The notes below the pieces were generated by a model. That model saw only the letters and a program-made list of their open reading frames with translations. It was not told the origin of the DNA and ran no database searches. Below are positions 9,162 to 16,648 of a stretch of 64,000 bases of DNA, piece by piece. Source of the stretch: Pseudooctadecabacter sp. GTDB taxonomy: Bacteria; Pseudomonadota; Alphaproteobacteria; Rhodobacterales; Rhodobacteraceae. Where the stretch lies: positions 94,155-158,154 of the forward strand of contig NZ_CBFHNH010000003.1 in assembly GCF_965657175.1 (NCBI RefSeq), written 5' to 3'. The position numbers and the translations under genes were made by a program. The first letter of the stretch is position 1. Every line of letters starts with the position of its first letter.

Positions 9162-10403
9162 GTGCCCCAACACCTTCAATACCTGTTGAGGGGGGCAATC
9201 GCTGCGGCTCTCTTCGCAGGATTCGTCACCACCTATTGGAACACTTGGGCGGTGGATCTGAGCGCGATCTACTTTGCCGCACGGTCCTTTGCACTGGACC
9301 AATTCGATCTGATCTATCTGTCCCAGCCGCAATTCTTCGGAACATCGGCCTCGGTCGAATGGCAACGCATGGCAGCGGAGCTAGGCCATGACGGCGTCGT
9401 CGTCCTGCCCTACGTCTATGCCCCCATATGGGCGGCAGTTCTGGCACCTGTGGCCGCGGCGATTGGGCCGATAGCGTTCTACAACGCGGTGCTGTGTCTT
9501 CATGCGGCGGCCTTGGTTGGATCGATCTGGGCAACTCTGCGTTTGGTGCGACTGCCAAAGGCTGTCGTGCCGTGGGCATGGGCCGCAATGGCGGCGATGG
9601 TTTGGGCGCTGCAACCCTATCACCTCGCCTTTTGGCTCAACCAGCCGCACATTCTGGTGACCTTTCTGATCCTTGCAGGCTTTGAACGATATCACGCGGG
9701 CCATGCCAAATGGGCGGGTGTAATTCTGGGCCTCGCCACGGCGCTGAAACTTAGCCCGATTATCTTTGGCCTGATCTTTCTGATGGACCGCAGATGGGAT
9801 GCGGCAGCCGCGATGGCGGTGTCGGGTTTGGCCCTGTTGGGGGTCAGTATCGGCCTGAGCGGTGTGCCGCTTCACCTCGCGTTCTTGGATCAGCTGGCAC
9901 GGGTTGGCGACAACGTTCTGGTGAACCAGCTGAACCTTGGGCTGGATGCCATTATCATCCGTGCGGCAGACCTGTGGTCCGGTGCGCCGACGTTGCCCCT
10001 TGCGGAGATCGATGTGCACGACGCCAACGGCGGCATTGCCGCCATCCGGTTGATCGTTCTGGTGCTGGGCGTGCTGGCCATCTGGCGGCTGCGCATATCG
10101 GGCCAAGCAACACGGAATGGTAGCCTGTTGTCCCTCTGGTCCCTCAGCATTCTGTGCGGCCCCTTGGGCTGGAGCCATTATCTGATCGGGCCGCTGATCT
10201 TGGCCTTGGCCCTTTGCATCAGCCGTCCGGCACCGCGCCCGATCTTGTGGTTCGGAATTGCCGCGATCCTCGTCTCAACCCCGTTGCGGCGGGTGTTTGA
10301 AGGGCGCGATGTTGATCCCATTTGGGTCATGGCAACAGGCGGGCTTTGCCTGTTGATCCTCATCGCCCTCGGCCTGCGGCGCGGCCAGCCTAACCGACCT
10401 TGA
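9162..10403 (+). CDS. Glycosyltransferase family 87 (DUF2029, GT-C fold) membrane protein
   Basis: 'VDLSAIY', 'PYVYAP', 'WLNQPHIL', 'LATALKLSP', 'PLGWSHY' motifs and many TM segments. GTG start assumed. Confidence 0.75.
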   Translation: MPQHLQYLLRGAIAAALFAGFVTTYWNTWAVDLSAIYFAARSFALDQFDLIYLSQPQFFGTSASVEWQRMAAELGHDGVVVLPYVYAPIWAAVLAPVAAAIGPIAFYNAVLCLHAAALVGSIWATLRLVRLPKAVVPWAWAAMAAMVWALQPYHLAFWLNQPHILVTFLILAGFERYHAGHAKWAGVILGLATALKLSPIIFGLIFLMDRRWDAAAAMAVSGLALLGVSIGLSGVPLHLAFLDQLARVGDNVLVNQLNLGLDAIIIRAADLWSGAPTLPLAEIDVHDANGGIAAIRLIVLVLGVLAIWRLRISGQATRNGSLLSLWSLSILCGPLGWSHYLIGPLILALALCISRPAPRPILWFGIAAILVSTPLRRVFEGRDVDPIWVMATGGLCLLILIALGLRRGQPNRP

Positions 10404-11376
10404 GGACGATTTTACCGATGTGTGTGCTGCTCTCCATCCGCGCATGGGCGTCGGCGGCATCGGCCAGATCAAACGTCTGATCCATCACAGGCGCCACACG
10501 GCCTGAGGCGAGCATGGGCCAAACATGTTGCCGGAGATCATCCGCAATGGCCGCCTTTGCCAAATCGGATTGCGGGCGCAGGGTCGATCCAGTGATCGTT
10601 AAGCGCCGCATCATCACTTGGGCGAAGTTCAATTCAACCTTCGGGCCTTGCAAGAATGCGATTTGAACAAGGCGACCGTCATCGGCCAATGCGCGCACGT
10701 TGCGCGGCAGATAATCCCCGCCCACCATATCAAGGATAAGATTTGCGCCGCCTTGGGCCTTCATGACCTCCACAAAATCATCCTCGCGGTAATTCACCGC
10801 GATTTCCGCGCCCAGATCACGACAGACCGCGCATTTGGCGTCACTCCCCGCCGTGGTAAAAACCCGCGCGCCAAAGGCATGGGCCAGCTGGATCGCTGTC
10901 GTGCCGATGCCCGACGACCCGCCATGGATCAACACCCTTTCCCCCGCCTTCAAGCCACCGCGCACAAAGACGTTGGACCAGACGGTAAAGAACGTCTCAG
11001 GCAGGCAGGCGGCCTGTTTCAGGGTCAGGCCCTCCGGCACGGGCAAGCAATGGGCCGCAGGTGTCACGACCTCTTGCGCATAGCCGCCACCGGGCAAAAG
11101 CGCGCAAACCGCATCGCCCACGGCCCAGTCGGTCACGCCGGGGCCAATCGCACTGATGGTGCCAGCGGCCTCCAACCCCGGCAGGGGGCTGGCCCCTTTG
11201 GGCGGATTATAAAGCCCCGCACGCTGCAAGGCATCGGGCCGGTTCACACCGGCATAGGCCACCTTGATCCGGACCTGCCCGTGGGCAGGCTCTGGCGTTG
11301 GGACGTCGGTCAGTTTCAGAACCTCGGGGCCACCCGCCGTCGTGATTTCGACCGCCTTCATCGTGGGGTCCGCCAT
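10390..11376 (-). CDS. NAD(P)H-quinone oxidoreductase (PIG3-type zeta-crystallin family)
   Basis: AGVNRPD..QR.G.Y, PGLEAAG, HGGSSGIGTTAIQ, GSTLRPQS, HIGKIVL. An alternative start at 11361 overlaps the COQ9 stop (ATGA). Confidence 0.92.
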   Translation of the reverse strand: MADPTMKAVEITTAGGPEVLKLTDVPTPEPAHGQVRIKVAYAGVNRPDALQRAGLYNPPKGASPLPGLEAAGTISAIGPGVTDWAVGDAVCALLPGGGYAQEVVTPAAHCLPVPEGLTLKQAACLPETFFTVWSNVFVRGGLKAGERVLIHGGSSGIGTTAIQLAHAFGARVFTTAGSDAKCAVCRDLGAEIAVNYREDDFVEVMKAQGGANLILDMVGGDYLPRNVRALADDGRLVQIAFLQGPKVELNFAQVMMRRLTITGSTLRPQSDLAKAAIADDLRQHVWPMLASGRVAPVMDQTFDLADAADAHARMESSTHIGKIVLKVG

Positions 11377-12050
11377 GATCCTGGCAAATCGGATGGCGGC
11401 GCACCAGGCGCTGTGATCCGCGACGTCAGCTGGCCCAGAACCGATGCAAAAGGCTTGGTGAAGGGGTTGGCATTAACCGATGCCTTGAACTTTTCGAACT
11501 GCATCACATTGTCGATCCGCCGGTCAATGAAAGCCGACGTTGCCTGACCATCCAGACTGTCATCCCCCAACCAATACAGAACCACCGACGCATAGACCGC
11601 CGACAGCGTGGCGCGTTTTGTGTACCAGTTCACATCGTCTGATTGGTCGCCCAGGGCCGTCCAAATCGCATCCGCCGTCCCCCAAATAAGCTTCGACCCT
11701 TCAGGCGCCATATGCGGCAACGCGAACAAGACCGATCCGCGGCGTACGGCCTCTTTGTCGTCGACAGCATCCAACCGTAGGCGGATCGCATGGGCGACCC
11801 TGTCGCGGAACCGCATATCGCCAAGGTCCGCGGCCTCAAGGGCCGCGACCATCGCGCGATCGCCTTCTTTGTGAAACAGGATCGCCAGATCAACAGCCCC
11901 GCGTGGGCAGGCGGCGCGGGCCTCATCCGCTGTGAGGTCACTGTCCCCCACAGCCGCGCGGAAGGCGTCATCGGTCCAGCCATCGAAGGCCACATGGGGC
12001 AGAATCGCATCCAGCAATTCCAATTGACGGGGGTCAGTTTGGGACGTCAT
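11358..12050 (-). CDS. COQ9 family (rpsU-divergent) ubiquinone biosynthesis protein
   Basis: HVAFDGW, WYTKRATLSAVY, FIDRRIDNVMQFEK. Divergent from rpsU. Confidence 0.92.
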   Translation of the reverse strand: MTSQTDPRQLELLDAILPHVAFDGWTDDAFRAAVGDSDLTADEARAACPRGAVDLAILFHKEGDRAMVAALEAADLGDMRFRDRVAHAIRLRLDAVDDKEAVRRGSVLFALPHMAPEGSKLIWGTADAIWTALGDQSDDVNWYTKRATLSAVYASVVLYWLGDDSLDGQATSAFIDRRIDNVMQFEKFKASVNANPFTKPFASVLGQLTSRITAPGAPPSDLPGSWRTPR

Positions 12051-12082
12051 GTCAGCTTGCCTTTCAGGGGTTTGCGGTACTC

Positions 12083-12111
12083 TAGACAAGATAGAACCCC
12101 TTTGCTATACG
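12083..12111 (+). promoter_or_regulatory. Sigma70-type promoter of rpsU
   Basis: TAGACA-N17-TATACG. Confidence 0.65.
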
Positions 12112-12164
12112 GCCACTTCCTGCAATTCCTTGCAAATCAAACTTAGAAAGGTGGTGAAAACCAC

Positions 12165-12371
12165 ATGCAGGTTAGTGTTCGTGACAACAACGTCGATCAG
12201 GCGCTTCGTGCCCTGAAGAAAAAGCTCCAGCGTGAGGGCGTTTTTCGTGAAATGAAGCTCAAGCAGCATTTCGAAAAGCCGTCCGAGAAAAAGGCGCGCG
12301 AGAAGGCCGAGGCCATTCGCCGTCAGCGCAAGCTGGCTCGGAAGAAAGCACAGCGTGAGGGGATGCTCTAA
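12165..12371 (+). CDS. rpsU: 30S ribosomal protein S21
   Basis: [25 protein letters not shown]...HFEKPSEK. Confidence 0.99.
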   Translation: MQVSVRDNNVDQALRALKKKLQREGVFREMKLKQHFEKPSEKKAREKAEAIRRQRKLARKKAQREGML

Positions 12372-12397
12372 GCACCTCTGAACACGTTAAGAATAAG

Positions 12398-12434
12398 AAA
12401 GCCCCCGCACCGATTACCGGCGCGGGGGCTTTTT
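12398..12434. terminator. Bidirectional intrinsic terminator after rpsU
   Basis: AAAGCCCCCGC...GCGGGGGCTTTTT. Confidence 0.85.
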
Positions 12435-12456
12435 CGTTTCGCGATCGGCGGTCGGT

Positions 12457-12531
12457 TTAAGCGATGCCTGCAAGACGCAGGATCACGACAACAACGACGA
12501 TCAGGCCAATGATGTAAAGAATGTTGCGCAT
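12457..12531 (-). CDS. 24-aa single-pass membrane microprotein (MRNILYIIGLIVVVVVILRLAGIA)
   Basis: ATG 4 nt after the stop of a paralogous microprotein. One hydrophobic helix, followed by the bidirectional terminator. Confidence 0.65.
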   Translation of the reverse strand: MRNILYIIGLIVVVVVILRLAGIA

Positions 12532-12535
12532 GTCG

Positions 12536-12601
12536 TTACACCAGATTGATGATTGCAACGACGACAACAACGAGGCCGATAAGGCTGAGAATTCCGCGCA
12601 T
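12536..12601 (-). CDS. 21-aa single-pass membrane microprotein (MRGILSLIGLVVVVVAIINLV)
   Basis: Strong RBS AGAAAGGGA upstream of the ATG. Aligns with the downstream 24-aa ORF (MR.IL..IGL.VVVV.I..L). Confidence 0.65.
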   Translation of the reverse strand: MRGILSLIGLVVVVVAIINLV

Positions 12602-12634
12602 GGTATGTCCCTTTCTAGGTTTGGTTGTATCCAT

Positions 12635-12660
12635 AACCCCCAAAGCGCCGCTTTGGTTCC
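12635..12660 (-). promoter_or_regulatory. Candidate EcfG/sigmaT (general stress) promoter
   Basis: GGAAC-N17-GGTT on the minus strand, about 35 nt upstream of the first microprotein ATG. Confidence 0.5.
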
Positions 12661-12667
12661 GCCGCCC

Positions 12668-13129
12668 TTAAACCGGCAGGGCCGTCGTCTGCCGGACGGT
12701 GCGCAATGCGAAAGACGATTGCATCCCCTGCACACCGGGCAGGCTGGCCAGATAACGCCGGTGGATGCGCGCGAAATCTTCGGCGTCTTCGGCGACGACT
12801 TTTAACAGATAATCCGCCTGCCCCGCCATAAGATGACATTCCAACACGTCCGGCACCAAGGCCACGGATTTCTCAAACGCCGCCAAAACATCATCCGCCT
12901 GTGCACGCAGGGTGATTTCCACGAACACGGTCGTCTTGCGGTCTACTTTGCGTGGATTGACCAAGGCCACATAGCCACTGATAAAGCCGTCCTTTTCCAG
13001 CCGTTGAACCCGTCTGTGGCAGGCCGATGGGGACAGGTTCACCTTTTCAGACAGCTCCGCGTTGGACAGACGGCCTTCGCGTTGAAGGGCGGAAAGGAGG
13101 CGACGATCCGTCTCATCAAGGTCAGACAT
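12668..13129 (-). CDS. Lrp/AsnC family transcriptional regulator
   Basis: LDETDRRLLSALQREGRLSNAELSEKVNLSPSACHRRVQRLE HTH and ECHLMAGQADYLLKV RAM domain. Confidence 0.95.
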   Translation of the reverse strand: MSDLDETDRRLLSALQREGRLSNAELSEKVNLSPSACHRRVQRLEKDGFISGYVALVNPRKVDRKTTVFVEITLRAQADDVLAAFEKSVALVPDVLECHLMAGQADYLLKVVAEDAEDFARIHRRYLASLPGVQGMQSSFALRTVRQTTALPV

Positions 13130-13223
13130 GCACTATCTTTCGAAAGTTGGGGCGCAAGGCGCAATAATCTCGCCCAAAGATTACGACCAACATTCCCACA
13201 AAGACCAGCCCTGCTGGCCGTTG

Positions 13224-13257
13224 AAAACACAAAGGCCCGCCGGAAAACCGACGGGCC
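13224..13257 (-). terminator. Intrinsic terminator of mscL
   Basis: Minus strand GGCCCGTCGG-TTTT-CCGGCGGGCC followed by TTTGTGTTTT. Confidence 0.8.
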
Positions 13258-13282
13258 AGACCTAAAAGTCTTAGGGTTTTTT

Positions 13283-13672
13283 TTACTTCTGCGCGCGCAG
13301 GGCGTCGCGGATTTCCATCAGAAGCTCTTCTTGCGTTGGACCAGCAGGTGCTTCGGGCTCTGCCTCTGGCTCTGGGCCTTTGGCTTTGTTCACGGCTTTG
13401 ACGAGCATGAACACAACGAACGCAATGATCAGGAAGTTGATCAGGGCCATGATGAAGTTACCATACGCGAAGACAGCACCGTCTTCACCTTCGGACAAGC
13501 GATATCCCAGCGACGAGAAATCGATACCACCCATGAACAAGCTGATGATCGGGTTGATCAAGTCAGCAACAAGGCTGGATACGATGGCCGTAAAGGCCGC
13601 GCCGATGATGATACCAACGGCCATGTCCATGACATTGCCCTTGGCGATGAAGTCTTTGAATTCTTTAATCAT
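13283..13672 (-). CDS. mscL: Large-conductance mechanosensitive channel
   Basis: [47 protein letters not shown]. Confidence 0.97.
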   Translation of the reverse strand: MIKEFKDFIAKGNVMDMAVGIIIGAAFTAIVSSLVADLINPIISLFMGGIDFSSLGYRLSEGEDGAVFAYGNFIMALINFLIIAFVVFMLVKAVNKAKGPEPEAEPEAPAGPTQEELLMEIRDALRAQK

Positions 13673-13820
13673 TTTAGTTCCCACTGTTTGGCTACCACGC
13701 ATTACAATTGTGCACATGCGCTCACGCGCACAGTGTTAACGCATTTTTCGCACACCACCAAAGGGTTATAATCTGTGACATTCCCCCCAAATTCAGTCGG
13801 GCAACACGAAAGGAAACCCC

Positions 13821-14522
13821 GTGACTGACCTGTCGAATTTCCCCATCACCGCCCGTTGGGCCCCGCAGAACCCCGACGTCATTCAACTGTATTCGTACCC
13901 CACGCCCAATGGCGTAAAAGTGTCGATCGCGCTTGAGGAAATGGGGCTGGCGTATGAACCCCACCTCGTGACCTTGTCGGACGCCGATGTGAAGTCTGAC
14001 GCCTTCCTCAGCCTGAACCCCAACAACAAGATCCCCGCAATCATTGACCCCAACGGGCCAGACGGCGCGCCATTGGGGTTGTTCGAAAGCGGCGCGATCC
14101 TGATCTATCTGGCAGAAAAGTCCGGCAAGCTGCTGGGCAAAACGGCCTCTGAGAAAGCCAAGATCATCCAGTGGGTGATGTTCCAGATGGGCGGCCTTGG
14201 GCCGATGTTCGGGCAGATGGGCTATTTCGTCAAATTCGCGGGTTCCGAGATCGAAGACCCCCGTCCGCGTCAACGCTACATTGACGAAGCCAAGCGCCTG
14301 CTGGCCGTTCTGGAAAAAGAACTGGACGGCAAAGACTGGATTGCCGGTGATTTCTCTATCGCGGATATCGCGATTGCCCCATGGCTGAGCGCGCTGGAAT
14401 TCTACGGCACCAAAGGTGTGGTCGGGTTCAACGATCTGACCAACGTGCCCGCCTACCTTGACCGTTTTATGGCCCGTCCGGCGGTTGAAAAAGGCAAGAC
14501 GATCCCGGACCCGAAGGGCTAA
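13821..14522 (+). CDS. Glutathione S-transferase family protein (YfcG/YghU-like)
   Basis: LYSYPTPNGVKV, LNPNNKIPAI, LFESGAIL, QWVMFQMGGLGPM, SIADIA. Confidence 0.92.
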   Translation: MTDLSNFPITARWAPQNPDVIQLYSYPTPNGVKVSIALEEMGLAYEPHLVTLSDADVKSDAFLSLNPNNKIPAIIDPNGPDGAPLGLFESGAILIYLAEKSGKLLGKTASEKAKIIQWVMFQMGGLGPMFGQMGYFVKFAGSEIEDPRPRQRYIDEAKRLLAVLEKELDGKDWIAGDFSIADIAIAPWLSALEFYGTKGVVGFNDLTNVPAYLDRFMARPAVEKGKTIPDPKG

Positions 14523-14536
14523 ACCCCGCCCAGATT

Positions 14537-14562
14537 GGCCCGCAGCGTTTCGTCTGCGGGCC
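14537..14562. terminator. Hairpin between convergent GST and YtoQ genes
   Basis: GGCCCGCAG-N8-CTGCGGGCC, with no clear U tail. Confidence 0.55.
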
Positions 14563-14568
14563 GACTGG

Positions 14569-15015
14569 CTAGCCTGGAAGCGTTCCGGTCAAAACATACC
14601 GCAGGATTTGGACAACCTGTGACGGCTCCCGCGCAACGGCGAGGGCTGCGGCATCAACCTCCTTCAAGGCATGGTCGTGATCGGGTTGCTGCAACACGAT
14701 CAGGGATTTCCCCAAAGCCGCCGCATAGCCCGCGTCAAACGCCGCATTCCATTGGCGGTACTTTTCGCCAAATCGCACAACAACCACGTCTGCATCCGCG
14801 ATCCCCTTACGGGTGCGGATCGCGTTGACCATGGCACCCTTATGGTCATGCCAATACTTGTCATCCTCCGCCCCAAGGATCGCGACCCCGCAATCGTCCG
14901 ACGCGCCGTGATCGGTCACGGGGCTGTGGAACGCAATCTCAAGGCCCTTGGCACCCTCAATAATCTGATCGCGCCAATCCGTGTGGATTTCACCGGATAG
15001 GTAAACGTTAAGCAT
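14569..15015 (-). CDS. YtoQ family protein
   Basis: VYLSGEIHTDWR, VRFGEKYRQWNAAFDAGYA, HALKEVDAAA. Confidence 0.9.
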   Translation of the reverse strand: MLNVYLSGEIHTDWRDQIIEGAKGLEIAFHSPVTDHGASDDCGVAILGAEDDKYWHDHKGAMVNAIRTRKGIADADVVVVRFGEKYRQWNAAFDAGYAAALGKSLIVLQQPDHDHALKEVDAAALAVAREPSQVVQILRYVLTGTLPG

Positions 15016-15048
15016 GTGTCGCCTCCTCTTTGGCGACCACTTAGCACG

Positions 15049-15672
15049 TCACTGTTTGCGCGCCACGATGTAGCGGGACATGGCGGGGAAATTTCCGGCC
15101 TCCACAATGTCGAAGCCTGCAAATGTCAGGCTGTCCTCAAAGTACTTCTGCGTGAAAAACCGCACGTCAGGCGCTTTGCCCAGCATCTTCATCGGCGGGA
15201 TCATGGCGCGGATCAGATGACGTTTGAACCCGATGACGGGATCGGCAAGGCAGGGCGTTTTGCTGATCAGATAGCCCCCTTTCGGCAATTGGCGGTGAAT
15301 GTCGGCAAGGATGTCTTCGAACTTGGCGACCAGATGGAACAGGTTGAAGGCGAGGACCACCTCGAAGGGACCGGGCAGTTTGACGGCTTCTTCCGCGGAC
15401 ATCGCCTCAAACCGGACGTCACCGGTCGTGGGGCGGGCGCGTGCGATGTCGATCATTGCGGGCGAAATGTCCGTACCGGTGATCTGCCCCACATGGGGCG
15501 CGATCTGCGTCGCGGTGTTGCCCGTTCCGCAGCCAACCTCAAGAACGCGGTCCATCGACATTAAATACGACAACGTGCGGCCCAAGGTGTATTCATAGGA
15601 CTCCATATCCTTGATCGGGTCGGTGGCGTATTTGGGCGCGATCTTGTCCCAGAATGATGCGGCGTTTGTCAT
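15049..15672 (-). CDS. Class I SAM-dependent methyltransferase
   Basis: FWDKIAPKYA, VLEVGCGTG, GTDISPAMI. Divergent from a LysR gene. Confidence 0.9.
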   Translation of the reverse strand: MTNAASFWDKIAPKYATDPIKDMESYEYTLGRTLSYLMSMDRVLEVGCGTGNTATQIAPHVGQITGTDISPAMIDIARARPTTGDVRFEAMSAEEAVKLPGPFEVVLAFNLFHLVAKFEDILADIHRQLPKGGYLISKTPCLADPVIGFKRHLIRAMIPPMKMLGKAPDVRFFTQKYFEDSLTFAGFDIVEAGNFPAMSRYIVARKQ

Positions 15673-15722
15673 GGGTCTCTCCTTACTGGGGTATGTATAA
15701 CCCAATGACCTGACCCAAGGAA

Positions 15723-15763
15723 TTGACGAAAAACGCAAGACATCTATACGTTTACGTATGGAT
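15723..15763 (+). promoter_or_regulatory. LysR gene promoter (leaderless geometry) with overlapping dyad
   Basis: TTGACG-N16-TATACG, 7 nt before ATG 15758. Dyad ATC-T-ATACGT-TT-ACGTAT-G-GAT spans the -10 and the start codon. Confidence 0.55.
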
Positions 15764-16648
15764 ATTGATGCCAACCGGTTGGACTGGAACCACCTGCGCG
15801 CGTTTCTGGCCGCCGCAGAGGCGGGGTCCTTGTCGGGTGCCGCCAAGACACTGACCCTAACGCAACCCACGCTCAGCCGCCAGATTGCGGCGCTTGAAGA
15901 CAGTTTGGGGCTGCTGCTTTTTGAACGGGTCGGGCGCGGTCTGGCGATCACCCAAGCGGGGCGTGAATTGCTGTCCCATGTTCAAGATATGGGGGCCGCG
16001 GCCCAACGTGCAGGCCTGACCGCAAGCGGCCAACGGTCTGACCTCAGCGGGTGGGTCACCATCACCGCCAGCGATATCATGGCCGCCAACCTATTGCCGG
16101 GAATTGTGGTCGATCTGCGCAAAGTCGCCCCTCAGTTGGCGATTGAGGTGGTGGCCACCAACGACATTTCCGATCTAATGCGCCGTGAGGCGGATATCGC
16201 CATCCGCCACATGCGCCCCGAAGAACCCGAACTTGTCGCACGACTGGTGCGTGAGGCCGTGGGGTATTTCTACGCCAGTACGGAGTTTCTGGACCGCGTC
16301 GGGCGGCCGCGAACACTCGAAGATATCAACGTCATGGATTGGGTCAGCTACGGCAACACCGACCGGATGATTGATTATATGACGGGCCTTGGACTGACCC
16401 TGACGCCGGCCAATTTCCGTGCCTCATCCGAGGACGGATTGGTGGCGTGGGAAATGGCCAAGGCGGGTCTTGGCGTTTGCCCCATCGACGATGTGGTGGG
16501 CAGCGCGACGCCGGGTATGGAAAAGGTCCTGCCCGACGTTCTGAAAGTCGCCTTCCCCATTTGGCTTGTCGCCCATCGGGAGCTTCACACCAGCCCGAAA
16601 ATCAGGCTGGTGTTTGATCTGGTCGCCAAAGCGCTAAAGGACCGTTAA
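15758..16648 (+). CDS. LysR family transcriptional regulator
   Basis: LRAFLAAAEAGSLSGAAKTL.LTQPTLSRQIAALE...LFER, READIAIR. Confidence 0.95.
   Translation: MDIDANRLDWNHLRAFLAAAEAGSLSGAAKTLTLTQPTLSRQIAALEDSLGLLLFERVGRGLAITQAGRELLSHVQDMGAAAQRAGLTASGQRSDLSGWVTITASDIMAANLLPGIVVDLRKVAPQLAIEVVATNDISDLMRREADIAIRHMRPEEPELVARLVREAVGYFYASTEFLDRVGRPRTLEDINVMDWVSYGNTDRMIDYMTGLGLTLTPANFRASSEDGLVAWEMAKAGLGVCPIDDVVGSATPGMEKVLPDVLKVAFPIWLVAHRELHTSPKIRLVFDLVAKALKDR

Noticed and set aside
13261-13284. Plus-strand terminator implying a hidden sRNA upstream of Lrp
   Set aside because: The stem is only 5 bp and AT-rich, and the T run is partly the mscL stop codon and its A tail.
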